Shown: one piece after another, positions 38,553 to 52,252 of the stretch | Layout: every line of letters starts with the position of its first letter | Numbering within the stretch: the first letter of the stretch is position 1 | DNA from: Vicugna vicugna | Lineage: Eukaryota | Reading direction: 5' to 3' | Assembly (NCBI GenBank): GCA_013265495.1 | Contig: MU058337.1 | Coordinates: 984,777 to 1,048,776 of the forward strand | DNA length: 64,000 nt | Made by a program: the position numbers and the translations under genes | Notes under the pieces: model-generated | What the model was told of the DNA's origin: nothing | Databases searched by the model: none | Seen by the model: only the letters and a program-made list of their open reading frames with translations

Positions 38553-40104
38553 GGCAGAAATGGAGTTATTCACAATGTATCTTCATCGAATTCAACAAAT
38601 GATTTCATTTTCTTAATTTTCACAAGATGCCAATAAATTTAGTGTTCAGCAGTTACACATGTAAGCCTGTGTCAGCCAAGTCGTACCAACCAAAACAAGA
38701 AACAGCAGTTTTTACCAGTGTCCCTGCTCCTGAAAGTCAGCACCAGGTGGCTTGTCCAAAAGTGGGCCTGTGAGTCCAGCTCCTGTCACTTTTAAAAAGT
38801 GCATCAGAAGAAACAGATGCTTTTAGCTTCTAGTTTAAAAAACCAATAATAACAAAAAAAAGATTGGTCAAGAAAATAAATCCTACTAAACATAACAGGA
38901 GGGACCTGCTTTCCCGGCCCTGTGGGCTCACCTTCCGTGTGTGTAGACACCACTCCTTCATTCACTGACGAAACCCTAACTGCGGCCTCCCAGAGCCCAG
39001 CCCCCCCGTGGAGAAAAGACAGACTGGGTTCTTGCCTCCTTCTGATTTTGAGGTTTTGTCTCGCCAGTTAGATAAAATTCATCAGTTTGCTTGCACGATG
39101 CAAGTGCGTGCTCAGTTTTTAATGTCTGTGACATACAGTTTCACAATTTGCACAATTTTTCAGTATTTAAAAACTTTACACTTTCTCTGTAACTTATCCA
39201 GGCTTTCCATAAGTGGCGTATGCAAGGTGGCTCATTGTCATGGGACAAAAATTCTCCTCACGGTGGTCATTTATCCTATTCTTTGCAAGCACTTCTGTGC
39301 TTGTTTTATAATGTGCACATTACACAGTAGTTCATGTGTATGCTTTGTAAGTAAATATTGATGGAAGGGAAATATATTATGATTTTAAATGGATGGAGTG
39401 AAAATGTTTAGCAAGTACTGTTGAAAAGACATACAAGTTGGTGTCAGTTCTGTATAATTTAATAGTTGAATAAATGTTCGTGTGAGAAACAGAAAGAGGG
39501 AGCAAAAACGAGACCGTGAAGGTCCAGGACCAGGACTAGGAAAGGAGGCTTCCTGACTGGTGGTGGCCCTTAGCTCTAATGACAGGCAATTTTTTTCAGA
39601 CTTAATTCTGGTTCTTCTCTCATTAGCAATAGTATTACTCATGTCACCAGCGCCTGGAGTTCCAAGCTTGCCTTAAGACCACAAACACTGTGATTTTTTG
39701 CTGTATTTAAAATCTTTCTCTGTAGACTAAAATGCGTAGTGGTTACTGAAATATCTCATTGAGATAAAACGAAATATAAAGTGTTGAAAAATGTTTCAAT
39801 CTTCAAAACTTACCCCCAGAAGAGATGTTTCTTGCAACCCAGGAGCAACGCAAATGATCAGAAGTTAGTTTTTATTTACATCTGCAGTCTGTGGGGTACA
39901 ATAAAAAAACACATTTTGTTCAGGGAAGGAGTGCGGGGTAAAACGACCTAAAACCTCAGTCTGACTTTACTGTATTCTGCTGTGGGACTCTGGCCAAATT
40001 GCTGAAATTCTCCAAATCTTAGTTTTCATCTTGGTAAAATTGGAGTAATCACACTCACCTCCTGTAGACAATGCGCTGAAGTCACCTGGTCACATAGCTG
40101 AGAT

Positions 40105-42483
40105 CAGGCATGTCTGTTTTATTGCCTTTCATTTTATTGTGTGTGAGGTTTTTTTTTTTTAACAAATTGAAACTTTATGGCAACTCTGCGTCCATCAAGT
40201 CTATTGAAACAATTTTTTTCTAACAGCATTGGCTCCTTTCTTGTCTCTATATCACATTTTGGTAATTTTCACAGTATTGCAAACCTTTTCATTATTATTA
40301 TATTTGTTATGGTGATCGGTGATCAGTGATCTTTGATGTTATTGTCATAATTGTTTTGGGGACCCACAAACTTGTGCCCATGTAAGACAGCAAAGTTAAC
40401 TGATACATGTTGTGTGCCCTGTGACTGCACCACCCCTGGCCATTCCCGTCTCTCTTCCTCTCCTGGGGCCTCCCTCTTCCCTAAGACACAACAATTCTGA
40501 AATCAGGCCACCTGATAATCCTGTGATGGCTTCTAAGTGCTCAGGTGAAAGGAGGAGTCACAGAGCTCTCACTGTAAGTCAAAAGCTAGAGGTGACTGAG
40601 CTCAGTGAGGGAGGCAGATGAGAGCTGAGACAGGCAGGAAGCTAGTCTCCAGCACCAGACAGCCAAGTTGTGACAGCAAAGGAAAAGTTCTTGAGGGAAA
40701 TTAAAAGTGCTCCTCCCGTGAACACACTAATGGTAAGAAAGTGAAACAGCCACATTGCTGAGATGGAGAGAGTTTTAGTTAGTGGTCTGGACAGAAGCTC
40801 AAACTATCACAAAATTCCCTCAAGCCAAAGCCTCATCCAGAGCGGGGTCTAACTAACTCTCTTCCTTTCTGTGGAGGCTGAGAGAAGGGAGGAAGCTGCA
40901 GAAGAAAAGTTGGAAACTAGCAGAGGTTGTTTCACGAGAGTTAAGGAAAGACGCCATCTCCATGACACCAAAGTGCGGGTGAAGCAGGAAGTGCGGACGC
41001 AGAAGCTGCAGCGAGTTCCCCAGAAGACGCAGCTCAGATCATCCATGGAGGTGGTTACACTAAGCAACAGATTTTCAAAGCAGACGAAGCAGCCTTATAT
41101 AAGAGGAGGAGATATCTAGGACTTTCATAGCCAGAGAGGAGAAGTCAATGCCTGGCTTCAAGGCTTCAAAGGACAGGCTGACCCTCCTGTTAGGAGCTAA
41201 TGCAGCTGGTGACTCTAAATTGAAGTCAGTTGTTATTTACATTCTGGACATCCAAGGATCCTTAAGAATTATGCTAAATCACTGCCTGTGCTCTATAAAT
41301 GGAACAGCAAAGCCTGCAGACAGCACACATGTGGACAACGTGGTTTGCTGAATATTTCAAGCCCACTGTTGGGACTGACTGCTCAGAAAAAAAAAGATTG
41401 CTTTCAAAATATGACTGCTCCATGACAGTGCACCTGGCCACCCGAGCGCCCCAGTGGAGATGGACAATGAGGTCAGCGTTGCTCCCATGCCTGCTGACGC
41501 TACACCCATTCTGCAGCCCCAGGATCGAGGAGAGGCTTTGACTTTCAAATCTTACTATTTAAGAAACACGTTTTGTCAGCCCGCCATAGACAGTGAGTCC
41601 TCTGACGGACGCAGGCAAAGGGGATGAAAACCTTCTGGGAAGAATTCACCCCGAGAGACGCCGTTAAGAACGTCCGTGATTCATGGGGCACAATCAAAGC
41701 GTCAGCTTGAGCAGGAGTTTGCAGGAAGCGGATTCCAGCCCTCGTGGGTGACTCTGAGGGGCTCAAGACTTCAGAGAAGGAGGGACCTACCTGTGTGGTG
41801 TAAATGGCAAGAGAGCTAGAGCCAGAAGTGGAGACTGAAGACGAACTGAGCTGCGGCGTCTCAGGATCAGACTGGAGAGGAGGAGCTGCCTCCTGTGGGT
41901 GAGCAAAGACAGTGGCTTCCTGGGCTAGAAGCTACTCCCGGGGACGGCGCCGTGAGGACTGTTGAAATGGCAGCAGAGGGTTTAGAACATCGTGTCAACT
42001 CAGCCGACAAAGCAGCGGCAGGGTTTGAGAGGACTGCCTCCAATTCTGAGAAAGCTCTACCGTGTGCAGAACGCTGTCAGCCAGCACCGCACGCTGTGGA
42101 GAAGCTGTTCGCCAAAGGGAGCGTCAGTCAACGCGGCAAACGCACCGTTGTCTCAATTAAGGGGTTGCCACGGCCGCCCCAGCCTTCAGCACCCACCGCC
42201 CCACTCAGTCAGCAGCCGCCACCACGGGGACGGGTCCCCCACCGGGAGAGGCTGAAGGGCCAGACGACGGGCAGCACTTTTCAGCAATAGAATATTTTTC
42301 TTTAAGGTGTGTGCGTTATTATTTGGCACAACGGTACCGCACACGTACAGACTGCAGTGTAATATAAACACGACTCCATGTGAGCTGCGAAACCGCACAT
42401 TTCACGCAACTCACTGCATTACGAGACTCACTTTCCTGGGGCTGATCTGGAACCGAACCCGCAGTGTCTCCAAGCGGTGCCTG
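40105..42483 (+). mobile_element. Near full-length Tigger1 (TcMar/pogo) DNA transposon with decayed transposase
   Basis: About 2.38 kb, from CAGGCATGTCTGTTTTATTG to GGAACCGAACCCGCAGTGTCTCCAAGCGGTGCCTG (degenerate TIRs). Transposase peptides occur in several frames: MASKCSGERRSHRALTVSQKLE from the ATG at 40526, EEAAEEKLETSRG, MPGFKASKDRLTLLLGANAAGD and WFAEYFKPTV. Confidence 0.95.
40526..41900 (+). pseudogene. Frameshifted, stop-interrupted Tigger1 transposase (CENP-B/DDE type)
   Basis: Homologous peptide is split over ORFs 40412, 40871, 41148 and 41299 in different frames. The 3' end is approximate. Confidence 0.8.
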
Positions 42484-44679
42484 GACAGTAACTATTTCAT
42501 CGCCTGCTTCCTCCCGTGCTGTCTCCCACTGTCCCTTCCCGTCCTTCTTTTCTTTCCCGTGTCACAGGCCCTCGACCCCGCACTCCGGTCCCCTCTCTGA
42601 CGTGCGGATCACTCCCTGTCCTGACGTCCCCTCCTGTCCTCCAGAACCACCCCTTGCACCTGCGGTCCTCACTGATCTCTGCAGTCTCCAAGCCAGAGCC
42701 CCCTGCTGGTAACTTGCTGCACGGCAGGCCTCATCTTGGCTCCTTTTATTTGCAGACGCTATTCTTGGGAGCAGGGAAGATGCGTTATAATGAAATCTTT
42801 ACCCTGCCCTCCACGCCTGCTCCTGGGAGGACTTCCCAACTGCCAGGCCCATGGCCCACTCTCAACAAGCCATTTTGGATTAACAGATAGATTGAACGAT
42901 ACCTTTGAAGCCAAGGTCGGGGGATACCCGTTAGTGGCTTCTGTGTCATGATAACAGCTACAACTCTATGCTAATGAGAAGTTTGAAGGGTTTGCTCTGT
43001 GGCTTTTTAAAGCTCTCCGTTCTAAAAGGATCACTGGCACTTGTCTGGCAGTGATCCTATTTATCTAAAGACCCAGTTTAACTAAATAGCATGTTTCTAG
43101 GGACCAGGACACAGCTGCGTCCCCACGGTGCTGGGAGTCCACGTGAGGAGCCGTCACCTCTCCTGTCCCTGCTCCTCACAGACAGGACACGTTAGGATAA
43201 AGCAGGAAACTCTAAGGATGGCTGGGCGTGGGCTTGGGGACGGCAGAATCAGTCACATCTGTAGGAAAAATAAGGAACATAGAGCCCACCCAACAGAGGG
43301 ACTGCCTGTCTTTGAGCAAAGACAGGTGAGTATTGTTTAACTGACAACTGTTACGCCTCGGATGCTGTAATGTGGGGTTGTCATCCTGTATTGTCAATAC
43401 AGGAATGTCCTGATAATGTTGCAAAGTAGAAAATTTAGATCCACAAAGCGTCTCATACCCCAGTTCTGTACAGTAGAAGGCCATGTAAACTTGTAACTGT
43501 GTATAAAATGATCAGATTGTTAGTTAACTAATTTTACTTTATTATTACAAGTTTTTTGTATTTGACTTTAGGTTCTGTGACAAAGCTATGCACTGACTTT
43601 CTTCATATCTTTATTGTGTGTTTCTATTAAGTGAGGGAGTTCCAGGAAGTCCTATTCTATTTAGTTTTATGAAAAAAATGAATACATCCACATTTTTAAT
43701 GAATGCACTGATTACTTATTACAGTTCTACTGAATGTATTGGCATTTTCTAAATGCACTCTACATTCTGGATTGTAACACTCATTCATTCACTCACTGTC
43801 AACTGCTCCATGAATTCCTCTGTGCGTCCTGCAGAATAAGGAAAGTCCACCACAGTCCTGCTCCCCTTTCCCGGAGAAATGCATTTTCCCCTGAGATGCT
43901 TAAGACTCGCTCCAGATTTACCTACAGACTCACTTGTATCTCTTTCTTTCAAAGGTCAGTCCCCCACTTTCTAAACCCCTTTCGACATTCTCGACCTGCT
44001 AAAGGTGTGGCACTCCAAACTGAATTTCTGTTAGAGTTTGCTGTCTTTTTAAAGCGATAAATTCCAGGAGAATCACCGGCACTTGGATGACGGTTAACAC
44101 AAACCACATTGAATACAGTGCATTTAGACGACCACGTGCCATGTAGGACAGTTGCATCTTCAAGGTATTGGTTGGCTGACAGTCCACAAAAGAAGCTGTC
44201 ACTTACCCTGTCCCTTTCTGCCTCTAGAAAAGGCTGCTGAGAAAACAGCGGTTTTGCCCACCCATGGCCGACACGCAGAAGTAGTTTCAAGAAAGAATTT
44301 CCTTCCTTTGTATTTTTTTTAAAACAGAATCACTTATTATCTCGGGCTTGCAATGTAACTTAAGTGCTGGCCGTATTTCCTGAGTCCTCTTGCTCACTTC
44401 ACACATGAATTTTCCCAAAGTTATTCCATGTCCATCATCTCCTAAAACTTCCTCTGCAGACCCCGGGTTTTTAGGGCTTCTTTCTGCTGCATACACCATC
44501 TGGGGCCTTTATTCAAGGAGTCCATCACCTCAGACACAGCCGCAGCGTTGGGTTTATCCATAAGGACAGGGGAAGCCACGCCTGTACTTTGGCAGATCCC
44601 AGCCGTTCCGATATAGATGTTAAATCCTCTGTTGGTGCTTCTGGCCAGAGAAGGAGGAGGGCGCTGGTGAGATAGTTGA

Positions 44680-44850
44680 GCCACTCCACGATCCCGCGTT
44701 TTCCCTAATCGTTCCTGGGCCCTCGGTCGCCGCCGATGGCCCCGCGTCCCTCCTGAACGTCCCCCGCCAACGCCCGCGTGCACAGCGCCCGCCCGCCCGC
44801 TCACGGAGCGCGCTTCTACCGCACGTCTTTCTGTCGTTACTAACGTTCAC
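44680..44850. other. Short CpG-dense patch
   Basis: cgcccgcgtgcacagcgcccgcccgcccgctcacggagcgcgc, with GC-box-like repeats. Confidence 0.6.
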
Positions 44851-45369
44851 TTCGGGGCACAGTAACTTTGTTGGAAAGGAACGAGCTAGGGTTACCTGTC
44901 CTCCAGACGCGTTTTGCCATCATCCCACCCAAAGCAGCTTGTCCGTTTCCAGCAAGTTTGGAGGAAACTCCGCGCTCTGGAGCTCCTGGCCTCCCACGGG
45001 TCCTGCGCACCGAGTCACACCGTGCCTCCTCTTTGGGCAGAAACCCTCCTCTGCTGACAGCAACCCCACGCCCTGTCTCTGCACCTAAACCACAGCGTCT
45101 GCCTGGAAAGGGCGGTTCAATTCACAAAGCGGCTTTCAATAGTGCATCTCTGTAGGATTTATTTGTCCTCCAGTAGGGGTTTGCTGCTTATCTCAAAAGG
45201 ATACAGGGTTTAACACCTTGGGAGCACATCCGGGTTCCTGGTGTGAGTCCGCCCTTGGCAGGATCTCGGAGCCAGGCGGGCTCACACCAGCCAAACCACA
45301 AGGGCAGGCTGTGCACGCCTGAGGGCCGTGCTGTGAAGTTCTGGTGAGAATTCCAGGGAAGGGCAGTTT

Positions 45370-46100
45370 CTCCCAGGCCCCCCCAGGGCACCAGGAATAC
45401 AGAAGTGCACAGGCCCCTTTACGGGAGCCTGGGAAGGAGCCAGAGGAACAAGGTGCGTGGCAGGCAGCGTCGGTCCACAGGAGAACATTTCAGAGGCTTC
45501 AGACGCGTGTCAGGAAGGTTCACAGGGGAGGTCACACAGGGTGGTGGACTCGAGCAGCGGAGGGATGTGTGGGCGAGGCGGGGGGAGGGCAAGGCGGCAG
45601 GGCTGCGGGGCCGAGGCACATGTGGTGACCTGCCTGTCACGCTCCGCGGCGGCAGAGCGAGGATGAGAGCTGGGGGGCCAGGAGGCGCGAGCTCGGCAGG
45701 CAAGGCCGCGGAGCTCTGAGCCGGCTGAGGAGCCGGAACTCCTCCCGGCGCGCGGAGGGGCGGCCCCGGGTGGCGGGAGGTGGGCGGTGCGATAACCGAG
45801 TCCATTTCAGGAAGGTCGCTCCAAGCGCAGGGCGGAGGCCGGCGCGGCGGAGGCGTTCCTGACCGAGGCTACGGGGTGCGGCCGCTGGGTGAGGATGGGA
45901 ACGGGTAGAATCGACAGAAACCAGGAGACCCGGAGTCCTGACACTTAGGAGACGGGCCCCTAGGGCTCGGTGATGAAGAGGCTGCGGGAGAGAGCAGACG
46001 GAGGCCGGGGGCGACTTCCACATCTTGCCTCTCCCAGAAGAGTAGACGGTAGACTTGAAGAGACTGAGATGCTGAAGAACTTTGAGACAGAGACACACAG
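45370..46100 (-). mobile_element. L2 fragment overlapping a CpG-island-like core (about 45560-46020)
   Basis: gtcaggaaggttcacaggggaggtcaca resembles antisense L2 (gtcagggaaggcttcacagaggaggtgaca). The strongly purine-skewed + strand continues through the CpG-rich core. Confidence 0.5.
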
Positions 46101-48727
46101 AACACAGATGAGATGAGAGAGGGAAAGGGGGCTGCACTGGAATTAGGCTTCCCTGTCTTCAGGACCACAACCAAACCACAGTGAGCGCTTACCCCGAAAC
46201 ACTGCGTGACGGCAGTTGAGGACAGACGCCTTGGGGAGATCAGCATTCGCGGGCAGGTGTGGCAGAGGAGACCAGCAACAGTTACAGCAGAACGACCAAT
46301 GCAGGAGTGGGGGGCGGGCCAAGAGGAAGCCCGGGGTAGAGGGAGTCTCATAATCAGCGGGACGGGCATCTCAAGACGGAGATGAATCAGTCTTGCTCAC
46401 TGCTGCCAGGAGGTCAAATAAAAAAGCAGCCAATTTTAACATCCCAGAGGCCAGGTCACTTGGAAAGAACAGTTTCTGTGCAGTGGTTTGGGTTAACGCC
46501 AAGCCATAGTGAGATGAGGGGAGGAAAGAAGGTGAACCCAGGACGTCATTGACTCAGACGGTGCAAGACGTGTATTCCTGAGGAATGCGGGAAAGGAGAC
46601 ACGGAGCTGGCTTTGTGTCCCCTGGACGGTGCTGGAGACACACAGACAGACTCTTCTCTGCTTTCCCCTGTTGCGCGCCCCTCGCAGCTCATCGCTGGGT
46701 GAGAGCGCCCCCTCTTCAAGGTCGCTGGCAGAGCTGATTTGCTTTCTGGCGTCTTTGCCATCACGTCCGTGTCTGTGGGCCTCCAGGTACTGCACCTGAC
46801 TAGCAGACGCGACGGGCTGGTCCTGCCTTTTTCAGACCGATTCCCTCTCCAGATGGACGAGAGTTCTGGTGTGGTGGGGAGACTGGGTTGGGTGGACTTG
46901 AAAATGTAGGGCAGCGCCAGGAAGCTAGGGAAATTCTGAAGCTCAGGGGAACAGACCAAGTGTTCATAAGAGGATCCAAAAAGTGGGTCACCAAGAGAAA
47001 ACAGGAAGGCATTTGCGTGTGATTCAGGAAGCGGAGCCGGGACGCAGCCCTGCAGGACGAGGCGTGCTGACATTCTCAGTCTCTGGCAGATCAAGGGGCC
47101 TGTCTCCTGACACCATCCATCTCTGACTGTTCCTCCTCAGATGACTTGCTTCATCCTTAGGCAGGGATTTCTTTTTCTTGTTTCATCAGTATTTCTGATT
47201 TCTGAATACAACCTGCTTTAACCAGACACTGACACAGATATAGAAGAAAGAAGACGTTCAGATATATGAATGTGAACTTTTATTTTGACCTCCTCCCCAA
47301 CGCGTAATTGTAACAACATGCGTTATGCATCAGAGTGCAGCAGCCCGAGGCAGTTACCATAGCAGACGACTGCTTACATAACCGATTATTTCAGCCCCAC
47401 TCGCGCTTGGAATGCGGGCCGTAACGCACCAGAGCTGACAGAGTAAGATCCCCTGGAACGCGTCACCCACGCCACGGAGGTAAAGAGTCCGCCCGCAGTG
47501 ACACTTGGGGACGAGGACCGCAGCCTTCTACTACGATGACAGCCATTTGCAATTTCTGACATTTTGCTTAATGATAAAAAATTGTAACCCTTTTTTTTTT
47601 TCCAAATAGCTAACAAATATTTACAACATAAATCGCCTCCCTGGCTCTAAAACGTAGACACAGATTTGGGGGAAGGGAGGCAAGTGTATTTAAAAGAGAT
47701 GAGACTCTGAGCCTCTACAGGAAAAACATTAATTTTAGGCATTTTCATGAACTGAGCCATGGCCACGCGGAACGCGCACACCCAGCAGAGGCCACGAGGA
47801 CCTGGCCCGGGGCGTGCTGACCTCACTTGTAAGGGCAAGCCTGAAAATCACGGTTATCCGGGGTACCGGGCAGAACTTGTAAAGAACACAGAGGGGACTG
47901 TTTCAGGCTCATCCTTCCGCCCACATAAAGCCTCCCTTTCCAGAGCCCCACAGCGCAGCCTCGCCTCCCACAGCCGGGGACAGAGAGCCCTCCCTCAGCC
48001 CGTCAACTTCCAGCCACGATTGTGCCATTACAGCCAGAACTTCCCTAAAAACTGAGGATTATTTTTTGAAAAAAAACAGTCTTCATCAAAAGTCTGGAAG
48101 TGAGCCGAGCAGCCCACAGCTCCCCGGCATCGCCCGCCTCCTCACCCCGTGCTCCCCTAGCTCCCATCTCCAAACAGGCCTGTGTAACCGAGGGGGCTTA
48201 CGGGGTGACGCTGTGCAGAGGGGAGCCAGAAGTCAGCCCCGGGGCGGGGGCGCCCAGCCCGGCCCCCTGCGCGTGATTGCAAGGGCATGTTTGGAGGGAC
48301 GGTGGGCTGGGAGTGAGCACTGTTCAGGTGACACCGTCCGAAGGGGGTGCTGCGTCATTAAAGCCACGTCCAGGGAGGCAGGGGCTTAGGATTGCGGGCG
48401 ACTGTGAACTTGCTCGGCCCCAGCTCCCACTTTATGACCCGAGGCTCAGCGGGACGACCTGGGGGACCTTTCTTCTGAAATGCTGCCCCCCATCCACCCC
48501 CGCCAGGACTCAGGACCCAGACGTCGTGTGTTGCCATCACTTTCCATTTAGGCTCAGAAGAGTCCCGGCTACGCAGAGCCCAGCGAAAAGGGCCAGCCGG
48601 GGTTTCACTCATTGGCTCCTCCCATCTCTCTGTCACTCAGTTTCTTCGTCTGTGAAATAGTTCCCAAACACATCTCAAAGGTTTCATGGGGAAAAATAAC
48701 AAAGGAAAAAATGCTTTGGGAGGGATT

Positions 48728-49070
48728 AAAAAAAAAAAGAACATAAATACTAAATAGAAACAAGCTCATAAACATAGAATACAAACTTGTGGTTGCCAAG
48801 GGGGCGGTGGGTGGGAAGGGGCAGACTGGGAATTCAAAATTTGTAGATACTGACAGCCATATATAGAATAGATAAACAAGATTATGCTGTACAGCACAGG
48901 GAAATAGATACAAGATCTTGTGGTAGCTCACAGCAGAAAAAAATGTGACAATGAATATATGTATGTTCACGTATAACCGAAAAATTGTGCTCTACACTGG
49001 AATTTGACACAACATTGTAAAATGACTATAACTCAATTAAAAAAATAAAAAATAAAAAAAATTTTAAAAA
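48728..49070 (+). mobile_element. 5'-truncated L1 3' end, adjacent to a MIR (about 48600-48725)
   Basis: acatagaatacaaacttgtggttgccaaggggg...ctgtacagcacagggaaa...acaacattgtaaaatgactataactcaat followed by an A tail. Confidence 0.9.
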
Positions 49071-52000
49071 GAGAGAAAGAAAAGATTGTTATCCAACTAT
49101 TCAGTAAAAACATCACTCTTATTTAGGTCAATTTTCATCATCTACTCTTCCTTTTCTACCCTGTAACATGAGAGTATTTCCTGTTGACTCTACTCTGGGC
49201 CACTGTCCGGCAACGCGGTTGTTCAGTCAGCCGTCCTTCCCAAGGGGCAGGAGAGGGGGTGAGGTGTCCTCCATGGGCGTAGTTACCTGGAAAACAAGCT
49301 GCTTCCCCAGAGAGGCGCAGACTCCGGCAGAGGTGGGGTCCACGAAGCTTAGCTATCCATGTGTCTGCAGAGGCCTGAAACGTGCATTTGTTCCTGTCCA
49401 ACGCCACTGTTTAGCATCGAGAATCATGTCTACTGTTCAGGGACACTGAGAAAAGGGACGACGCGATGTTTCTCTCCACAGGAGAAGTGAAGTCGCTGTT
49501 AACAGAGATTTCTGACTTTCCTTACAGACAGAGTTCTTATGGGGAGAAGACAGGTGTATTCATTTTTCATCACGTACTTCTATTTGAAAATCCTTTAGGA
49601 CTTTAAAAACTTAATCATCTTGTCTCTTTGGGTTTGTGCCAAAACCTTGAAATTTCTCAACCCCTTTCCCTCAAAAATTGTAAAATGGCAGCACTGGGAA
49701 GGATCTAAGAGCACTTTCCTTGCACAAGGGTCCTTCTCTCGCTGTATTGGCAAGAGTTACCTGGCCTCTATCGGAATTTTTCCCGTTACGGGGAGCTCAG
49801 TACCTCGCAAGGCAGCCTGGTGCATTTATTTGCATCTCATCTGGGACAAAAGCACCTCTTCACACCAGGACAGCTTACCTGTCTGTGTTCTCTCTGGTCT
49901 GTACCCTCTGGTTTCACATTAAGAAAAGCTATTGACATCAGCCCAGTGTGGCTTCTTCAGATACTGATGACAACAGTCAGGACTTCACCCTTTCTTCTTC
50001 TGCTCACCCTGCTTTCTGGCTTTGTGCATTCCTAGAACTAAACTGTAGAAAATGTTGAAGACTCAAATAAGGGATCTTCCATTGCATTTCAAAAGTCTAG
50101 GACTGAAGTCCTAAGAATGAATGATACAGCGGAGGCCGCTGGGGCAGCTGGCTGTGGCCCCGCGGAAGGTCCAGGATTCGGCTGGTGGCTCTGCAAATCA
50201 CGGCCGCTTTTCTTCATAACCCCTGCCTGATGTTTATAAAAATGGCTTGGATGACTTACTAGTTTTTTAAGTCAAAAAACCTGCAAAGGAAGTATAGATG
50301 AAAAAGCATTTAGGGAGCAGAATAAAAGTGGACCCATTTCAACTGGGCGATGCTAAGGAGTCTGCTTGGAAAGAAGACAGATGTGTTTGGACCCCAGGAG
50401 GCTTCCGTACACGGCGTCCCATTGTCTGTGGGAGAGGAGCGTGTTTCCTAGGATCGAGTTTATAGGTCCAGCACGCGACTTGCTCTTCAAAACCATTTTA
50501 ATTTGAATCATTGTGCCAAAATAAGTTGTGAGGTGAAAGAACACAGTTTGACCCATAAAAATACCTGTGATTTCTGGACTTACCCACGGGTACTCCCTGA
50601 GGGCAAAGAGATACCTGGAGTCTTTCGAATCCCAGAAATAAGCAGAATGAGATTTTTTCCTTAAAAGAGAATTTTATTGTTGTTAGAACTGTATATATAA
50701 ATATACTCAACTTCCTCTAGTACCAAAAAAAGGAAGTCTAAAGCAGGAACCACAAAGTAGACACTGACTACTCTTACATTATAGCTCTGTTTACATCCTA
50801 AGTGTCATGCATCCCATTACACGTTATGGCGTGCTGCACAAATACCAGTGGTATTTTGAAAAGCGTCCTCAGCTCCCCGAAGCACAGCTGGGAACCCGCT
50901 GCTGTTCTCTTTCTCTGCAGCTCCTGCTTTCAGCCTCTTTCTGACAGAGTGGAGGCCCCGCCACCCCAACCACCACGTCTCCATCCACATGCCCCACGCC
51001 GTTTCCGGTTGAAATTTAAGAAGTCTTCAGTGTTTCCTCAGCTATTGTACTGTTATTTCTAGTGCAATTTCTAATGTACATTTTTATGTTAAGACCTATT
51101 CAAAAGACCTATAAGAATACTAATTATTTGGATATTTTCCTATCCGGTCATATGGTGATTATGAACCATTGACGACAGCAGGTAAAATTACATTTAGCTA
51201 TCTAAAATTATATCTGAATTTCACCTGTATCCCATTTTACCCAGACTGAGGCACCTTGATTGAAGAATCAATCTTCACTTTGATTAAATGAATAGTTATT
51301 AATAAAAAGTCAATGCAAACTTTCTTCTACCAAATGGGTCCATTGACCAGGTACGTGCAATGCAGTGCTGATCACAGATGAATCCGACATCTCTCTTGTG
51401 GTTTCTTCAGTTCTTTTGAAAACAGTTTTCAGATTAAACATAATTATGATGCATGCAGAATTCGGACTCCTGCAGAACATGGATTGTCCAGTTACTTCCA
51501 TTAGTGATGATTATCCGTGTGCAAAGCATGACCACTACTTACCATCTGTGTGTGTGCAGAGAATCACGTGGGAAGCAAATGCTTGTAACTTGCTCAGCAC
51601 AGAGCGTGGCGTGGCTGAATGCTCGCCGTTGCTCTTGGGGCTACTGTCAGGTGTTTGTGATCTCTCTGTGTACGTGTAACTGGAAACCGTTCACTTTTCC
51701 AAGTAGGATGTAGGCGACAAAGTCTTCCCTGAGGAGTATTAACCCTAGAAACAGGCGATCAGGAGACCGCGGAGCCATGGGCCTGGGGACACCTAAGTCA
51801 CAGCGGCATGGACAGCCGATGGGGGAAACTTTGTCACTGGGTTATTCGGACTTAGGCTCAGTTTGTTCCCTTATTGTAGAAAAAGGGTATTTTTTTCAAC
51901 ATTTATTTTCCTAAATACCTATCAAACACAAAGAGACAGCTGAAATCACCATCCTTTTACATTTTATTAAATTAAACAAACACATAACAAATACTCATGT

Positions 52001-52234
52001 AGACCCCAGGTCCCAGTTGTGGCTCTGATGAGGTTTCCTTCCTCGTGCTCCTGACAAATACAAGACTTACAGAGTGTGGGTTGGGTGTCTCTGGGCTTTC
52101 GGACGATGAGACATTTCATGCATCTGATGTGAGTCATCAATTTAATGCCCACCTTACGCATTCGGTGCCCTGGAGTTAAAGCTCCAACCAGCAGCCTGTC
52201 CGCACCGCCTGCTGGGGCGTCTTCGTAGGGGACT

Positions 52235-52252
52235 CAGCGCCATCTAGTGCCC
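52235..52252 (-). promoter_or_regulatory. CTCF motif
   Basis: The minus strand reads GGGCACTAGATGGCGCTG, a close match to the CTCF core CCASYAGRKGGCRS. Confidence 0.7.

Noticed and set aside
40412..42290. TIGD1-like domesticated transposase gene
   Set aside because: Multiple frameshifts and stops, and the TIRs are present. It is a fossil Tigger1.
45344..47094. Cluster of overlapping 100-180 aa ORFs (similar clusters at 19291-19842, 25491-25992, 58228-58779)
   Set aside because: Expected from stop-codon scarcity in GC-rich patches. Low-complexity Pro/Arg/Gly/Ala peptides with no recognisable homology.
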